Assembly: GCF_963921235.1 (NCBI RefSeq)
Contig: NC_086097.1
Coordinates: 231,386,001 to 231,450,000 of the forward strand
Direction of reading: 5' to 3'
DNA length: 64,000 bases
DNA from: Mobula hypostoma
Taxonomy: Eukaryota
Below are positions 26,301 through 39,554 of this stretch, piece after piece. The notes under the pieces were generated by a model that saw only the letters and a program-made list of their open reading frames with translations, was not told the DNA's origin and made no database searches. Position 1 is the stretch's first letter, and each line of letters opens with the position of its first letter. The translations under genes and the position numbers were made by a program.

Positions 26301-26925
26301 ATGTTATACAGGGAAAGTGAAATACAGCTAACATCAAACAAAATGTTTGTGATCCGAAATGTTAACTTCATGACTCCTTCCTCAAGCATTGCGTAATCTA
26401 CGGTGATTCTGGTACTTTTGCTTTTATTTCATCTTTTTGGCATGCGCTTGTTTTCTTTGATTGTTTGGCATATTAACCTTGTGCCAATAAATGTATTTTT
26501 CAATTCAGGTCAACCTAGGACTTTAAGTTCCTATAACATTGTTATTGACAATATCAGTGTTAGAGTGCAAATCTATAGCTCCCTGAAAGTGACAGCACAA
26601 GTTGATACATCATGTTGCAGCTGTATAAAACTTTAGTTTGGCCTCCTCTGGAGTATAGTGTGCATTTCTGGTCGCCACAGTATGGGAAAGATATGGCGGT
26701 TTTGGAGAGGTTGCAGAAGAGATTCGCCAGTTTATTTCCTGGGTCAGAGAATATTAACTAAGGGCGAGGTTAGACAAACCTGAGATGTCTTCTCTGGAGT
26801 GTTGATGGCTGAGGGACAATGTGATTAACTATATAAAATTATGAGAGATATAGGTAGGGCATATAGTCAGGGGCTTATACTTGGAGTCAAATACTGTAGG
26901 GTTGGGCAGTTTTGAGTATTCGTAG

Positions 26926-28325
26926 AGACTTCTTATCCACTGCAGTGCAGAATCCGTACCAGATAATAATGCAGCATGTTAGGATGCTCCGACTGTGCAC
27001 CTGTAGAAGGATATGACTAGTCCAGCTCTCTACAGTCTCCTCAGAAAGTAGAAGTGTTGGTGAGCTTTCCTAATTGTGTAGAATGTGTTCTGCGACCACG
27101 AGGGGTTGTGTGAGATGTGCACTCACAGGAGTTTGAAACTTGTCACAGTTTCCACTGCTGTGCTGCTGATGTAAAGGGATGTGAGTAGGTCAAATTCTGA
27201 AGTCGTAGTCTTTGTTTTGTTGATGTTGAGGAAGAGATTATTTGCCTGACACCAGGTCTCTAGCTCTTCCACTTCCTCTGTGGTCCGTCTCATTGTTGTT
27301 GGTGATGAGCCATGATCACTGTTGTGTCATTGCTGAACTCGACAACGTGATTACTTGAGTGTTTGGCTGTGCAGTCGTGTGTGAGCAGAATGCACAGCAA
27401 TGGGCTTAGCACACAGCCTTGGGGGGCACCTGTGTTGATGTTGATGGGGAGGCATGAGCGGTTGTGTTTCCTGACTGGGGCCTGTTGGTTAGGAAGTCCA
27501 ACACCCAATTGCACAGTGGTGTATTTAGACTGAGGAGTAAGAGTTTGTTCAGCAAGGTCTGTGGGAAAGTAATGTTGAATGCTGAACTGATATCCAGAAA
27601 CAACATTCTGACATAATTGTCCTTGTTTTTTAGGTGTCCCAGCGCCAGGCACATGACAGATGCTGTGGCATCTGTCGTAGAACAGTTCTGATGATAAGCA
27701 TATTTGTGATTGTCCAGTGTGGTAGGAATGGTGTTTTTGATATGTGCTATCACCTGTTCAAAGCACTTCATGTTGATTAGTATCAGTGGCACAGGGCATT
27801 TAGTTCCATAAGTACAGAATTCTTTAGTACAAAGATGATGGTGGCTGATTTGAAGCATGTGGGGACAGCAGCCTGGATGAGTGAAGAGCTGTAGATGTCT
27901 GTGAAGACGTCAGTGAGCAGGTGTGCACACTCCCTGAGTGTTTGGCCTGGCTTCCTTATTGGGGTTGATTCTCTGCAGAGTCCTTCTCATGTCTGCTGCT
28001 ATTACAGACAGTGGTTGCTCACCTGGGTAGTGGGGTAGGGTGACTTTCGTGGCCTGCATTGTGTTGCATGTCTCGAAGCGTGAATAAACGTTGCTTAGAG
28101 CATCATGGAGGGAGGCGTCATAGGTAGAGTTGAGGCTGTGTTTCCTTGTGTAGTCAGTAATGCCCTTGATGCCACATACACTGGGGATCGCCAGTTGGAC
28201 AGGTGTTCCTGAATTTTTTGTGTGTAGGTGGTCTTTGCCCTCTTGATGTCTAAGATGAGGTTATTCTTGGCTGCTCTGAGAGCTGTTCTGTCTCCAGACT
28301 TGAAGGCAGTGGAAAGGAAGATGTT
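26926..28325 (-). mobile_element. Rex1/Babar-type LINE fragment, decayed
   Basis: YVRMLFLDISSAFN and GAPQGCVLSPLL motifs. Confidence 0.8.
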
Positions 28326-31300
28326 GTGAAAGAAACCATAAGACATAGGAATAAAATTAGGCCATCTGGCCTATCAAGTCTGCTCCTCCATTCAATCATG
28401 GCTGATCCTTATTTTTCTCCTCTTCAACCCTAGTTCCAGGCCTTCTCCCCGTAACCTTTGATGCCAAGAACCTATCAATCTCTGCCTTAAATACACCCAA
28501 CGACCTGGCCTCCACAGCTGCTTGTGGCAACAAATTCACCACCCTTTGGCTAAAGAAATTTCTCTGCATCTCTGTTTCGAAAGGGTGCCCCTTTATCCTG
28601 TGGCAGTGCCCTCTTGTCCTAGACTCTTCCAGCATGGGAAACATCCTTTCAACATCTGCTCTGTAGGGGCCTTGCAACATGCGAAAAGTTTCAATGAGAT
28701 CTCTCCTCATCCTTCTGAATTCCAGCGAGTACAGGTCCAGAGCCATCAAATGTTCCTCCTATGATAACCCTTTCATTCCTGGAATCTTCCTTGCAAACCT
28801 CCTCTGGACCCTCTCTGATGCCAGCACATCTTTTCTAAGATGAAGGGCCCAAAACTGTTCACAATACTCAAGGTGAAGCCTCACCAGTGCCTTATAAAGC
28901 CTCAGCATCACATCCTTGCTCTTGTATTCTAGACCTCTTGAAATGAATGCTAACATGGCATTTGCCTTCCTCACCACCAACTCCACCTGCAAGTTAACCT
29001 TCAGGGTGTTCTGCACAAGGACTGCCAAGTGCCTCTGCATCTCAGATTTCTGGATTTTCTCCCCATTTAGAAAATAATCCGCACATTTATTTCAACTACC
29101 AAAGTGCATGACCATGCATTTTCCAACATTGTATTTCATTTGCCACTTTCTTGCCCATTCTCCTAATCTGTCTAAGTCCTTCTGCATCCTTGCTGTTTCC
29201 TCAACACTACCTGCCCCTACACAAATCTTCATATCATCTGCAAACTTGGCAACAAAGCCATCTATTCCATCATCTAAATCATTGCTGTACAGCATAAAAA
29301 GAAGTGGTCCCAATACTGACCCCGGCGGAACACCACTAGTCACTGGTGGCCAACCAGAAAAGCATCCTTTTATTCCCACTCGCTGCCTCCTACCAATCAG
29401 CCAATGCTCTAACCATGTAAGTAAGTTTCCTGTAATAATACCATGGATTCTTAACTTGGTAAGCAGCCTCATGTGTGGCACCTCGTCAAAGGCCTTCTGA
29501 AAGTCCACATATACAACATCCAGTGCATCCCCTTTATCTATTCTACTTGTAATCTCCTCAAAGAATTCCAACAGGTTCGTCAGGCAGGATTTTTCCTGAA
29601 GGAAAATACTTTGGCCAACTTCTCTCTCATACTACTGTAATTTTCCTTACTCCACTGAAATACTGCTACATCAGACTTTACTTTCTCCCTATCAAATTTC
29701 AAGTTGAACTCAATCATATTGTGATCACTGATTCCTAACGGTTCTTTTACCTTAAGCTCCCTAATCACCTCTGATTCATTACAGAATGCCCAATCCAGTA
29801 CAGCTGATCCCCTCGCAGGCTCAACGACAAACTGCTCTAAAAAGCTATCACTTAGGCATTCAACAAACTCACTCTCTTAATCCATTACCAACCTGATTTT
29901 CCCAATCGACCTGCATGTTAAGATCTCCGATGACTACCATAACATTGTCCTTTTGACTCGCCTTTTCTAGTTCCTGTTGTAACCCGTGGTCTACCTTCCA
30001 GCCACTGTTGGGAGGCCTGTATATAACTGCCACAACGTCCTTTTACACTTGCAGCTTCTTAACTCAACCCACAAGGATTCAACATCTTCTGATCCTATGT
30101 CACATCTATAAGACCATAAGATATAGGAGCAGAAGTAGGTCATTCGGCCCATCAAGTCTGCTCCGCCATTCGGTCATGGGCTGATCCAATTCTTCCAATC
30201 ATCCCCACTTCTCCCCATATCCTTTGATGCCCTGGTTAATCAAATATCTATCTATCTCTACCTTAAATGCACCCAATGACTTAGCCTCCGCAGCCACTTG
30301 TGGCAACAAATTCCACGGATTTACCACCCTCTGACTAAAGTAATTTCTCCGCATCTCTGTTCTGAATGGATGTCCTTCAATCCTGAAGTCGTGTGTCCGG
30401 GACTCCCCTACCATGGGAAATAACTTTGCCATATCTAACCTGTTGAGGCCTTTCAACATTCGGAATGTTTCTTTGAGATCCCCCCTCATTCTCCTGAACT
30501 GCAGGGAATACAATCCAAGAGCTGCCAGCCGTTCCTCATATGGGAACCCTTTCAATCATGAAATCATTCTTGTGAATCTTCCCTGAGCCCTCTCCAATGT
30601 CAGTATATCATTTCTAAAATAAGGAGCCCAAAACTGCACACAATACTCCAAGTGTGGTTTCACAAGTGCCTTAGAGCCTCAATATCACATCCCTGCTCTT
30701 GTATTCTGTACCTCTAGAAATGAATGCCAACATTGCATTTGCCTTATTCACCACTGACTCAACCTGGAGGTTAACCTTTAGGGTATCCTGCACAAGGACT
30801 CCCAAATCTCTTTGCATCTCTGCATTTTGAATTCTCTCTCCAGCTAAATAATAATCTGCCCATTTATTTCTTCCATCAAAGTGCATGACCATACTCTTTC
30901 CAACATTTCATCCTTCTACTGATTTGATGCCATTCTTAACCAGTAGAGCCACACCACTCTTTCTGCCTACCTTCCTATCCCTCCGATATAACATGTAACC
31001 TTGGACATTTACCTCCCAACTACAACCATCCTTCAGCCACGACACCTGGCAATCTGTAATATTGCAACAAGATCATCCACCTCATTTCTTATACTACACA
31101 CATTTAGATACAACACTTTGAGTACTGTATTTGCTATCCTTTCTGATTCTGCATCCCTAATGATTTGGTACTCAGCCTGTTGGCTGCAACTAAGTCCCAT
31201 CACTTGCCTGCCCTTCCTGACAGTGTGATTGCATGCTATCTTAACTTTTTTACCATCCATCCAATCCCAAGTCCCTTCACTCCGGTTCCCACCCCCTTGC

Positions 31301-32520
31301 CAAATTAGCTTAAACCCTCCCAAACAGCTCTCACAAACATGCCCGCAATAATATTGATTCCCCGCAGGTTCAGGTGCAACCCGTCACTTTTGCATAGGTC
31401 ATATCTCCCCCCCAGGAGGATCCCAATGATCTAAGAGCCTGAAGCTGTGCCCCCTGCACCAGCTTCTCAGCCACACGTTTGTCTACCAAATTGTCCTGTT
31501 TCTACCCTCACTGGTGCGTGGCAGGAATTTACTACCCAGGAGGTCCTGCTTCTCCGCTTTCTACCTAGCTCTCTAAATTCTCTTTTCAGGACCTCTTTGC
31601 TTTTCCTTCCTATGTCATTGGTACCAATATGTACCAAAACATCTGGCTGCTCCCCCTCCCTCTCTAAAATGTTGTGGATGTGATCTGAGACATCTCTGAC
31701 CCTGGCATCTGGGAGGCAACATACCATCCGGGTGTCCTGTTCACGTTCATAGAATCTCTTGTCTGTTCCCCTGACTATTGAGTCCCCTATCACTACCGCT
31801 CCCTCTTCTCTCTCTTTCCCTTCTGCACCACGGACTCCTGGTCAGTGCCTGTAACCCGGTTGCCATGGTATTCACCCGGGAGGTCATCCCTCCCCCAAAA
31901 GTTTCCAAAACAAGTACTGTACTTGTTTTTGAGGGGAATGGCCACAGGGGTGAACTGGGGCTTGAACTGCCTATTTCCATTTCTCCTGACAGTCACCCAG
32001 CTACTCACCTCCTGCAACTTCGGGGTGATACTTCCCTGTTACTTCGATCAATTATGTCCTCACTTTCCCACACACGCCGAAGGTTATCCAGTTGCTGCTC
32101 CAGATCCCTAACACGGTCTTCAAGGAGTTGCAACCGGATGCACCATGCAGATGTAGTTCCCAGGAGACTCTGGATCTCCTAGTTCTCCAACATCCGGCAC
32201 GAAGAACACACCACAGTCATTAAAATGGTGCAATAAGAGAGGAAAAAAAGATAAAAAGGAAACCTTAACAGATGATTTACGCAGAGCTGATGCTTCTTCT
32301 GAGCTGAAGCCTCTTTCGAGTCAAAGTCTGTCATTTCTACTCGCTTATTGGCCTACTCCCGCCAATAGCCACTCTGCTTATACCCTCTGTACTTTTGTTT
32401 GTAGAGCTCTGTTGACGCCGCTAATAGGCCCCACACAATGGACAAACACCCGTGAAGCGCTCTTTTTCAATAACCGCTGCCGACCTGCGAGAAACACCTC
32501 TTCTTCGTAGAGCACTGTTG
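28326..32520 (-). mobile_element. Decayed near full-length CR1 with internal deletions and a nested CR1 3' end (~30108-30908)
   Basis: ORF1 IGDSIVRG, CCLPDARVRD, HIGTND. ORF2 DFQKAFD, GSVLGP, FADDMK. 5' UTR similar to 7100-7400. Confidence 0.8.
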
Positions 32521-33193
32521 ACACCGCTGATAGGCCCTGTACCTTGAGACACTGCTTTGCATCTTGCTGAATGTATGATTGCGCCCATAATCTAATACTG
32601 TAGGAGGTAGTGGATAGCATTCATTGATGGGAGATGCTATCTGTTTTGCTATGGATTCAGTTTGTGGATCCAACTTGGAGATAAGTATCCTAAAAATTCC
32701 TGCTTGGAGTTTCATGTATGGAATGGACACTTCCAAATCAACAAGTAGTCCACTAATGCTCGATTGAAGATGGGAGAGAAATTCTCTCAACCTTGGCTTT
32801 TTTCACGTTTTCAATTTCAGTTTTCTGAATGTTCTTTCTTTCTTTTTAAATCTTTTTATTGAGTAAGTATACAAAAAAGGTAAGCCATATAAACATTAAT
32901 ACAATGTTAAAGTATAATAAAATTCCAAAAGATATCAATACCAAAAAGAAAATACTACAAACAATGTAATTTAAGCATAAGAAACCAAGATAACATAATA
33001 ATATACTAAATTTTATATATATCAATGGAAAAAAAAGAAAAAAAAACCCCAAAAAAAAACCCACCGTGCAGCTAACTAAAAGCAAGGCAAAGCAATGGGC
33101 TAACTTGAAACCAAACAGAGTTAAACTTAAAATCACGTCCTCAATCCCGACCTCCATTAAAAACAGTGAAAAAAAAAACAAGAAGGGTAAATA

Positions 33194-36100
33194 TTACATT
33201 AAATGAAAATATCGAATAAAAGGTCCCCAAATCTGTTCAAATTTAAATGAAGAATCATAAAGGTTACTTCTAATTTTCTCCAAATTCAAACATAAAATCG
33301 TCTGAGAAAACCAAAAAAAGGTAGTTGGAGCATTAAGCTCTTTCCAATGTTGTAAAATACATCTTTTCGCCATTAAAGTAAGAAATGCAATCATTCTACG
33401 GGCTGAAGGGGAAAGATTACTAGAAATTTTAGGTAGTCCAAAGATAGCAGTAATAGGGTGAGGAGAGATATCTATATTTAATACCTTAGAAATAATATTG
33501 AAAATATCTCTCCAAAAAGTTTCCAAAGTAGGGCAAGACCAAAACATATGAGTTAAAGAGGCTATCTGCCCCGAACATCTATCACAGAAAGGATTGATAT
33601 GCGAGTAAAAACGCGCTAACTTATCTTTGGACATATGTGCTCTATGAACCACTTTAAATTGAATTAGGGAATGTTTAGCACAAATAGAGGAAGTATTAAC
33701 TAATTGTAAAATCTGCCCCCAATCATCCACAGAAATGGTAAGCCCCAATTCCTGTTCCCAATCTACCCTAATCTTATCAAATGGAGCTTTCCTAAGTTTC
33801 ATAATAATATTATAAATCATAGCCGATGCACCTTTCTGACATGGATTAAGGTTAATTATCGAATCTAAAATATATGTAGGAGGAAGCATTGGAAAGGAAG
33901 AAAGTATAGTACTTAGGAAATTTCTAACTTGTAAATATCTAAAAAAATGTATTCTTGATAAGTTATATTTATTAGATAGTTGTTCAAAAGACATAAGGGA
34001 ACCATCTAAAAATAAATCCAAAAACCGTAAAATACCCTTAGTCTTCCAAGTTTGAAAAGCGTGATCCGTAAAAGAGGGAGGAAAAAATATGTTACCTAAA
34101 ATAGGAATCGCTAACCCGAATTGATTAAGATCAAAAAATTTTCTGAATTGAAACCAAATGCGCAAAGCATATTTAACTATCGGGTTAGAGACCTGCTTAA
34201 GACGTTTCGAATCAAAAGGGAGAGAGGAGCCTAAAATAGAACCAAGTGTATAACCCTGAACAGATTGTAATTCCAATACTATCCATTTAGGAATAGATAG
34301 TATGTCCTGGTCAAGTAACCAAAATTTCATATGTCGAATATTAATAGCCCAATAATAGAATCTAAAGTTAGGTAATGCTAAACCTCCATCTCTCTTAGCT
34401 TTCTGTAAATGTATTTTACCCAGTCTCGGATTCTTATTCTGCCAAATAAATGAAGAAATTTTAGAGTCAACTTTATCAAAAAAAGATTTAGGAACGAAAA
34501 TTGGTAATGCCTGAAACACATATAAAAATTTTGGCAAAAAGAACATCTTAACTGCATTAATACGACCAATCAAAGTTAAATATAAGGGAAACCATTTAGA
34601 TGAAAGTTGAGTAATATGGTCTATTAATGGTAAAAAGTTAGTCTTAAATAAATCTTTGTATTTACAAGTAATTTTAATCCCAAGATATGAAAAGTAATTA
34701 TTAATCAATTTAAATGGAAATTTATAATATAAGGGAAGATGTTTATTAATCGGAAAAAGTTCACTCTTACTAAGATTTAATTTATAACCTGAGAAAAGAC
34801 CAAATTGTGCTAATAACTCTAAAACAGCAGGAATGGATCTCTCAGGATTAGAAATATATAAAAGTAAATCATCAGCATAGAGTGATAATTTATGGGACTT
34901 TAATCCCCGAGTTATCCCAGTAATATTTGAAGATTCTCGAATAGCAATTGCAAGAGGTTCTAATGCAATATCAAATAATAGGGGACTAAGAGGACAGCCT
35001 TGTCGAGTACCACGAAAGAGAGGAAAAAAGGTGAGTTTAAAGAGTTAGTACGAACCGAGGCTACAGGGGAGTGATATAACAGTTTAATCCAGGATATAAA
35101 TTTCAAGCTAAAATTAAACATTTCAAGCACCTTAAATAAATAAGGCCATTCTACTCTATCAAAAGCTTTCTCGGCATCTAAAGAAATAACACACTCAGGA
35201 ACATTTTGTGAGGGAGTATAAACAATATTTAACAATGTACGAATATTATAAAAAGAGTAACGACCTTTAATAAAACCCGTTTGGTCTTCCGAAATAATAG
35301 AAGGAAGTACTTTTTCTAGTCTATTTGCTAATAACTTAGAAAAAACTTTAGAATCAACATTTAATAAAGATATTGGTCTATAAGATGCACATTGAGCAGG
35401 GTCTTTATCCTTCTTTAGTATTAGAGAAATTGATGCTCTATTAAAAGATTCAGGAAGTTTACCAAGTTTCAAAGAAGCCTCAAAAACCCTACAGAGCCAA
35501 GGAATCAATAAAGAAGCAAAACATTTATAAAATTCAACGGTAAACCCATCAGGGCCAGGAGCTTTCCCCAGATTCATAGAAAAAATAACATTCTTAATCT
35601 CATCCATTGTAATGGAAGTATCTAATAAAGAAGACATATCCTGTGAAATCTGAGGGAAGTCTAACTTATCTAAAAAATCATTCATATATTTAGAATCTCG
35701 AGGAGACTCTGATTGATATAAAAAAGAATAAAAATCACAAAAGGTTTGATTAATCCCCACATGATCCAGTATCAATCGATCATTTTGGTTATAAATCTGA
35801 TTGATTTGAGATTTAACATAATTAGATTTCAATTGATTAGCCAGCAGCTTGCCAATTTTGTCACTGTGAACATAAAAGTCACTTCTTGTTTTCTTTAATT
35901 GGTTTACAATCGAGGACGAGAGTAATAAACTGTGTTCCATTTGAAGTTCAGTTCTTTGTTTGTATAACTCCTCAGAAGGAGCCATAACATATTTCTTATC
36001 AATTTCTTTAATCTTGTCCACAATTGCCATCTCCTCCTGCTTCTGTTTCTTCCTCAAAGCAACAGAATACGAAATAATCTGACCCCGAATATAGGCTTTA

Positions 36101-36969
36101 AAAGTGTCCCAAAGAGTGTTAACCGAAATATCTTCTGTATGATTAATTGTAAAAAAAAGCTCAATCTGTTCATTCATAAAATTAACAAAGTCCGAGTCCT
36201 GAAGCAACAGCGAATTAAAACGCCATTGTCTATTATTTGGTATATTGGCCATAATTTTAATAGAAAGCTTAAGTGGAGCATGATCCGAAATGGTTATAGA
36301 ATCATAATCACATTTAATCACTGAAGGAATAAGACGAGAATCAATGAAAAAATAATCAATTCTTGAATAGGAATGATGAACATGTGAAAAGAAGGAAAAA
36401 TCTTTTTCCTGAGGATGCAGAAAACGCCAAATGTCCGTCGACCCAGAATCAGAAAGGAAAAAATTAATCAAATTTGCAGATTTATTAGGTAAAGTCCGTA
36501 AAGGAGCCGAACGGTCCAAAGCTGGAGACAAACAGGTATTAAGATCTCCGCCCCAAATCAATGAAAACTCGTTCAAATTCGGAAACTGACCAAACAATGA
36601 TTTATAAAATTCCGGACAATCCATATTAGGAGCATAAACATTAACCAAAACTACTTTCTTATTAAATAGTAAACCACTAACCAATAAAAATCTACCATTC
36701 GGATCAGAGATAATATCCTGTTGTATAAAAGTAACTGAAGAATCTATAAAAATAGAGACGCCTCGAATCTTAGCATTGGAGTTCGAATGAAATTGTTGTC
36801 CCTTCCAGAATTTAAAAAAACGTAGTCTGTCCCCCCTCCGTACATGGGTCTCTTGTAAAAACAAAATTTGTGCTTTAAGTCTCCGGAACACTTTAAAAAC
36901 TTTTTTCCTTTTAATAGGATGATTAAGACCATTAGTATTCCAGGAGACAAAATTAATAATAGGCTCCAT
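33194..36969 (-). CDS. L1 ORF2p (APE endonuclease, reverse transcriptase, CCHC domain); one frameshift near 35024-35029
   Basis: SWNTNGL, FLQETH, GGDLN, SRIDY, SDHAP; SYRPISLLN, SLDAEKAFD, RQGCPLSP, YADD, YLGI; CDRC...HMFWSC. About 1258 aa if one T is restored in the homopolymer. Confidence 0.9.
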
Positions 36970-37693
36970 AAATCCTAAAGTCAACCCACAACAAGGAGGA
37001 TTGATGATAGGCGAGACCCACAAACCCGGAGAGGAAACAGAACATACAAAAGATACCGGGAAAAAGGACGCAACCAGTACTTCAATAATGTATATAGCCC
37101 AAAGAGAAACAAACTAAAACGTGAAGCCCCTCCCACCACCCCCCGCCCCAAGACCCCAAGGCAAAATCTAAAGCAGACCCGCCAGAAAGAAGCAAGCGCT
37201 AAAACTACCCCCATGACTTCCGGTATACGCTCCCTAAAAAAAAAAAGGTATAAATATGAAAAGGATCAGCTAATTGTAAAACAGTAAAAAAGTAAGTAAA
37301 AAAAAAAGTTAGCTCAATTAAAATACCCACAGAACAGAACAAAAGCCGGAAAATATATATTAAAAAAACCACAGTAAACCTCAAACCCATGAATAGACAC
37401 AGCAACAAGAAAAAATAGGATTATTGACATAAAGTGGTTATAAAAAGCAAAACAGAATAAAATTTAAAAAAAACTACAAAATTTAAGGCCACACAGGAAA
37501 TACGTAAAATGACAAAAGGGAAGTAACCACCCAGAATCCCCTGGGAAAAGAAAGAAATGACGCAGTTAAAAAGAAAGTTTAGCGACCATATTAAGAAATC
37601 AAAAATAAACTTTTCTGCCCAGATAGGGCACGAAAAAGTTAAAACCAACCAATTCACAGCCTCCGATCAACGGAGAGAATTAAAAAAAGACAA

Positions 37694-38567
37694 TTAAGAT
37701 GTTGAAGATGAAAGTTGATCCAGATAACTCTGGGCATCCGATGGAGAATCAACAAAACGAAGGGCTCCATCTAACATGCGAATCCTTAGACGTGCAGGGT
37801 ACAGCAGCGCTGGTCTTAAATCCATCTTATAGAATTCCGACATCATGGATCTGTAACGAACCCGTTGGTCCCAGATTGGTTTACTGAAATCTTCCACGAA
37901 TCGGAACTTAACATCCGAAAAATCAATGAAACCTTTAGATCGAGCAAATCGAAACAGTCTCTCCTTATCTTGAAAATAATGAAAACGTAAAATAACATGC
38001 CTAGGTCTATCTGACCTAGACGAATATGATGGGATTCTGTGAACACGATCCAGAAGCGGTGGTTGGTCAGGAAATACAGTAGGGAATGCATCTTTTAAAA
38101 GTTGAGAAAAATATTTCATGGGATTGTTGGATTCCACGGCTTCCCTCACCCCGATCATTCGTAAATTCTGCCGTCGCATTCTAGATTCCAAGTCAGAGTT
38201 TTTAAAAGTCAAGTTTCTTCTTCATTACATTAATTGTTTCTTCGATTTTCCCCATCTTAAGCTCACTTTGTTGCGCAAATTTTTGAAGATCAGATATAGC
38301 CGACTGATGTTCCGCAATAAATGTTTGCATCTTATCCATTGAATCGGCAATTTTCTGGAAATTAGTTGAGATTTCCGCATGAATCAGGTCTTTAACAGAA
38401 CCTGCAATTTCCGTACGAATCATCTCCCTAACAGAGGTTGAAATTTCCCTCTGAATTAACTCCGATATCGCTTTCAAAGTCACCGGTGATTCAGTCGGAG
38501 GGAAATCCGTAGCTTTCGGTTTAACCGGAGGTTTACCATCCTTGCCGTCTTTCCCGTTCTTAGACAT
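37694..38567 (-). CDS. L1 ORF1p (coiled coil, RRM, CTD); one frameshift near 38210
   Basis: MSKNGK... coiled-coil region, then DLESRMRRQNLRMIGV, DRVHRI, RPRHVILRF, EDFS and LLYPARL, typical of L1 ORF1p. Confidence 0.85.
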
Positions 38568-39039
38568 AGCAGATCTAAGTATCATCCAATTGTCGGAGAG
38601 TTCAGTTTAATTCAAAGTATTGTAAGAATTGATGCCTTAATGGTTAATTAAAGTATAGCTGACCATAGAGAAAAAAAACTCAGAGGTAATGGAGCGAGTC
38701 AAGAACGCGACTTCACTCCATGAGCGCTACCGGAAGTCCCCCCAGTTTTCTGAATGTTCTAATGTCTTTCTCTTTTCGCTGAGACTACAGTCAGTTTTGG
38801 ACATAAAGTCCTAATCTGAGGCCTTAAATTACATCTCAAGGCTACAGGTGACCTCTGTGTTGCAGCAGTTGGGTAATAGAAATTAGCCCTAATAAACTTC
38901 ACAAATTGCTGAGAAGCAAGATAAATTTCACTCTCATGAAATTTATGTCAATTTTTATTTTCAGATCACATTCATTTGTGCATATGCAAATTATGTGGCT
39001 TCACATCATCATGATGCAGATGGTTTTCTGGAATGCAGT

Positions 39040-39553
39040 CCCCATTTCCCCCCTGCCCCGATAACAGGAGTCATTGTTTTCCTGCTAACTGATGGCTTTG
39101 CTTGTTGCTCAGTGGCCAGGGTGGGGTCAAAGCACTCGGCACAGATGGTGCTCGGTGCTCAGTGTCGGAAGGCTGGTCAGAGGCTCGACGTTTTCGGACG
39201 GACTCAGTGTCGGCTGCGGTCGGGTGCTTCCAGGATGCTGCATCGGCAAGTTTGCAGCACTGGAGGCTCATGGCAGGGAGAGTTTCTCCCTTCTACCGTC
39301 TGCGTGAGATGTTGGGGCTATCGGTACTTTGAGACTTTTTTTTTACCGTGCCCATGGTCTGCTCTTCTCAAATTACAGTATTGCTTTGCACTGTTGTAAC
39401 TATAATGTTATAATTATGTGGTTTTTGTCAGCTTTAGTCTTGGTCTGTCCTGTGTTTCTGTGATATTATACTGGAGGAACATTGTATCATTTTTTAATGC
39501 ATGTATTTCTAAATGACAATAAACGTGGACTGAGTGTCTCATAATCTAATCTA
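39040..39553 (+). mobile_element. Unclassified SINE-like or LINE 3' repeat
   Basis: GC-rich head, T-rich body, AATAAA and a (CTAAT)n tail. Confidence 0.4.
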
Positions 39554-39554
39554 A

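Larger units (their letters stand above)
32836..38742 (-). mobile_element. Full-length L1-clade LINE, antisense in MIB1 intron 1
   Basis: Identical 18-bp TSD CAGTTTTCTGAATGTTCT at 32818-32835 and 38743-38760. 5' end GGGGGACTTCCGG. 3' AATAAA followed by an A-rich tail. Contains ORF1 and ORF2. Confidence 0.95.

Noticed and set aside
32613..32641. Hairpin GATAGCAT...ATGCTATC
   Set aside because: An isolated 8-bp stem is expected by chance in 64 kb.
32846..33181. Hydrophobic Phe/Leu-rich ORFs here and at 36981-37657
   Set aside because: Artefacts of the T-rich L1 3' UTR and inter-ORF spacer.
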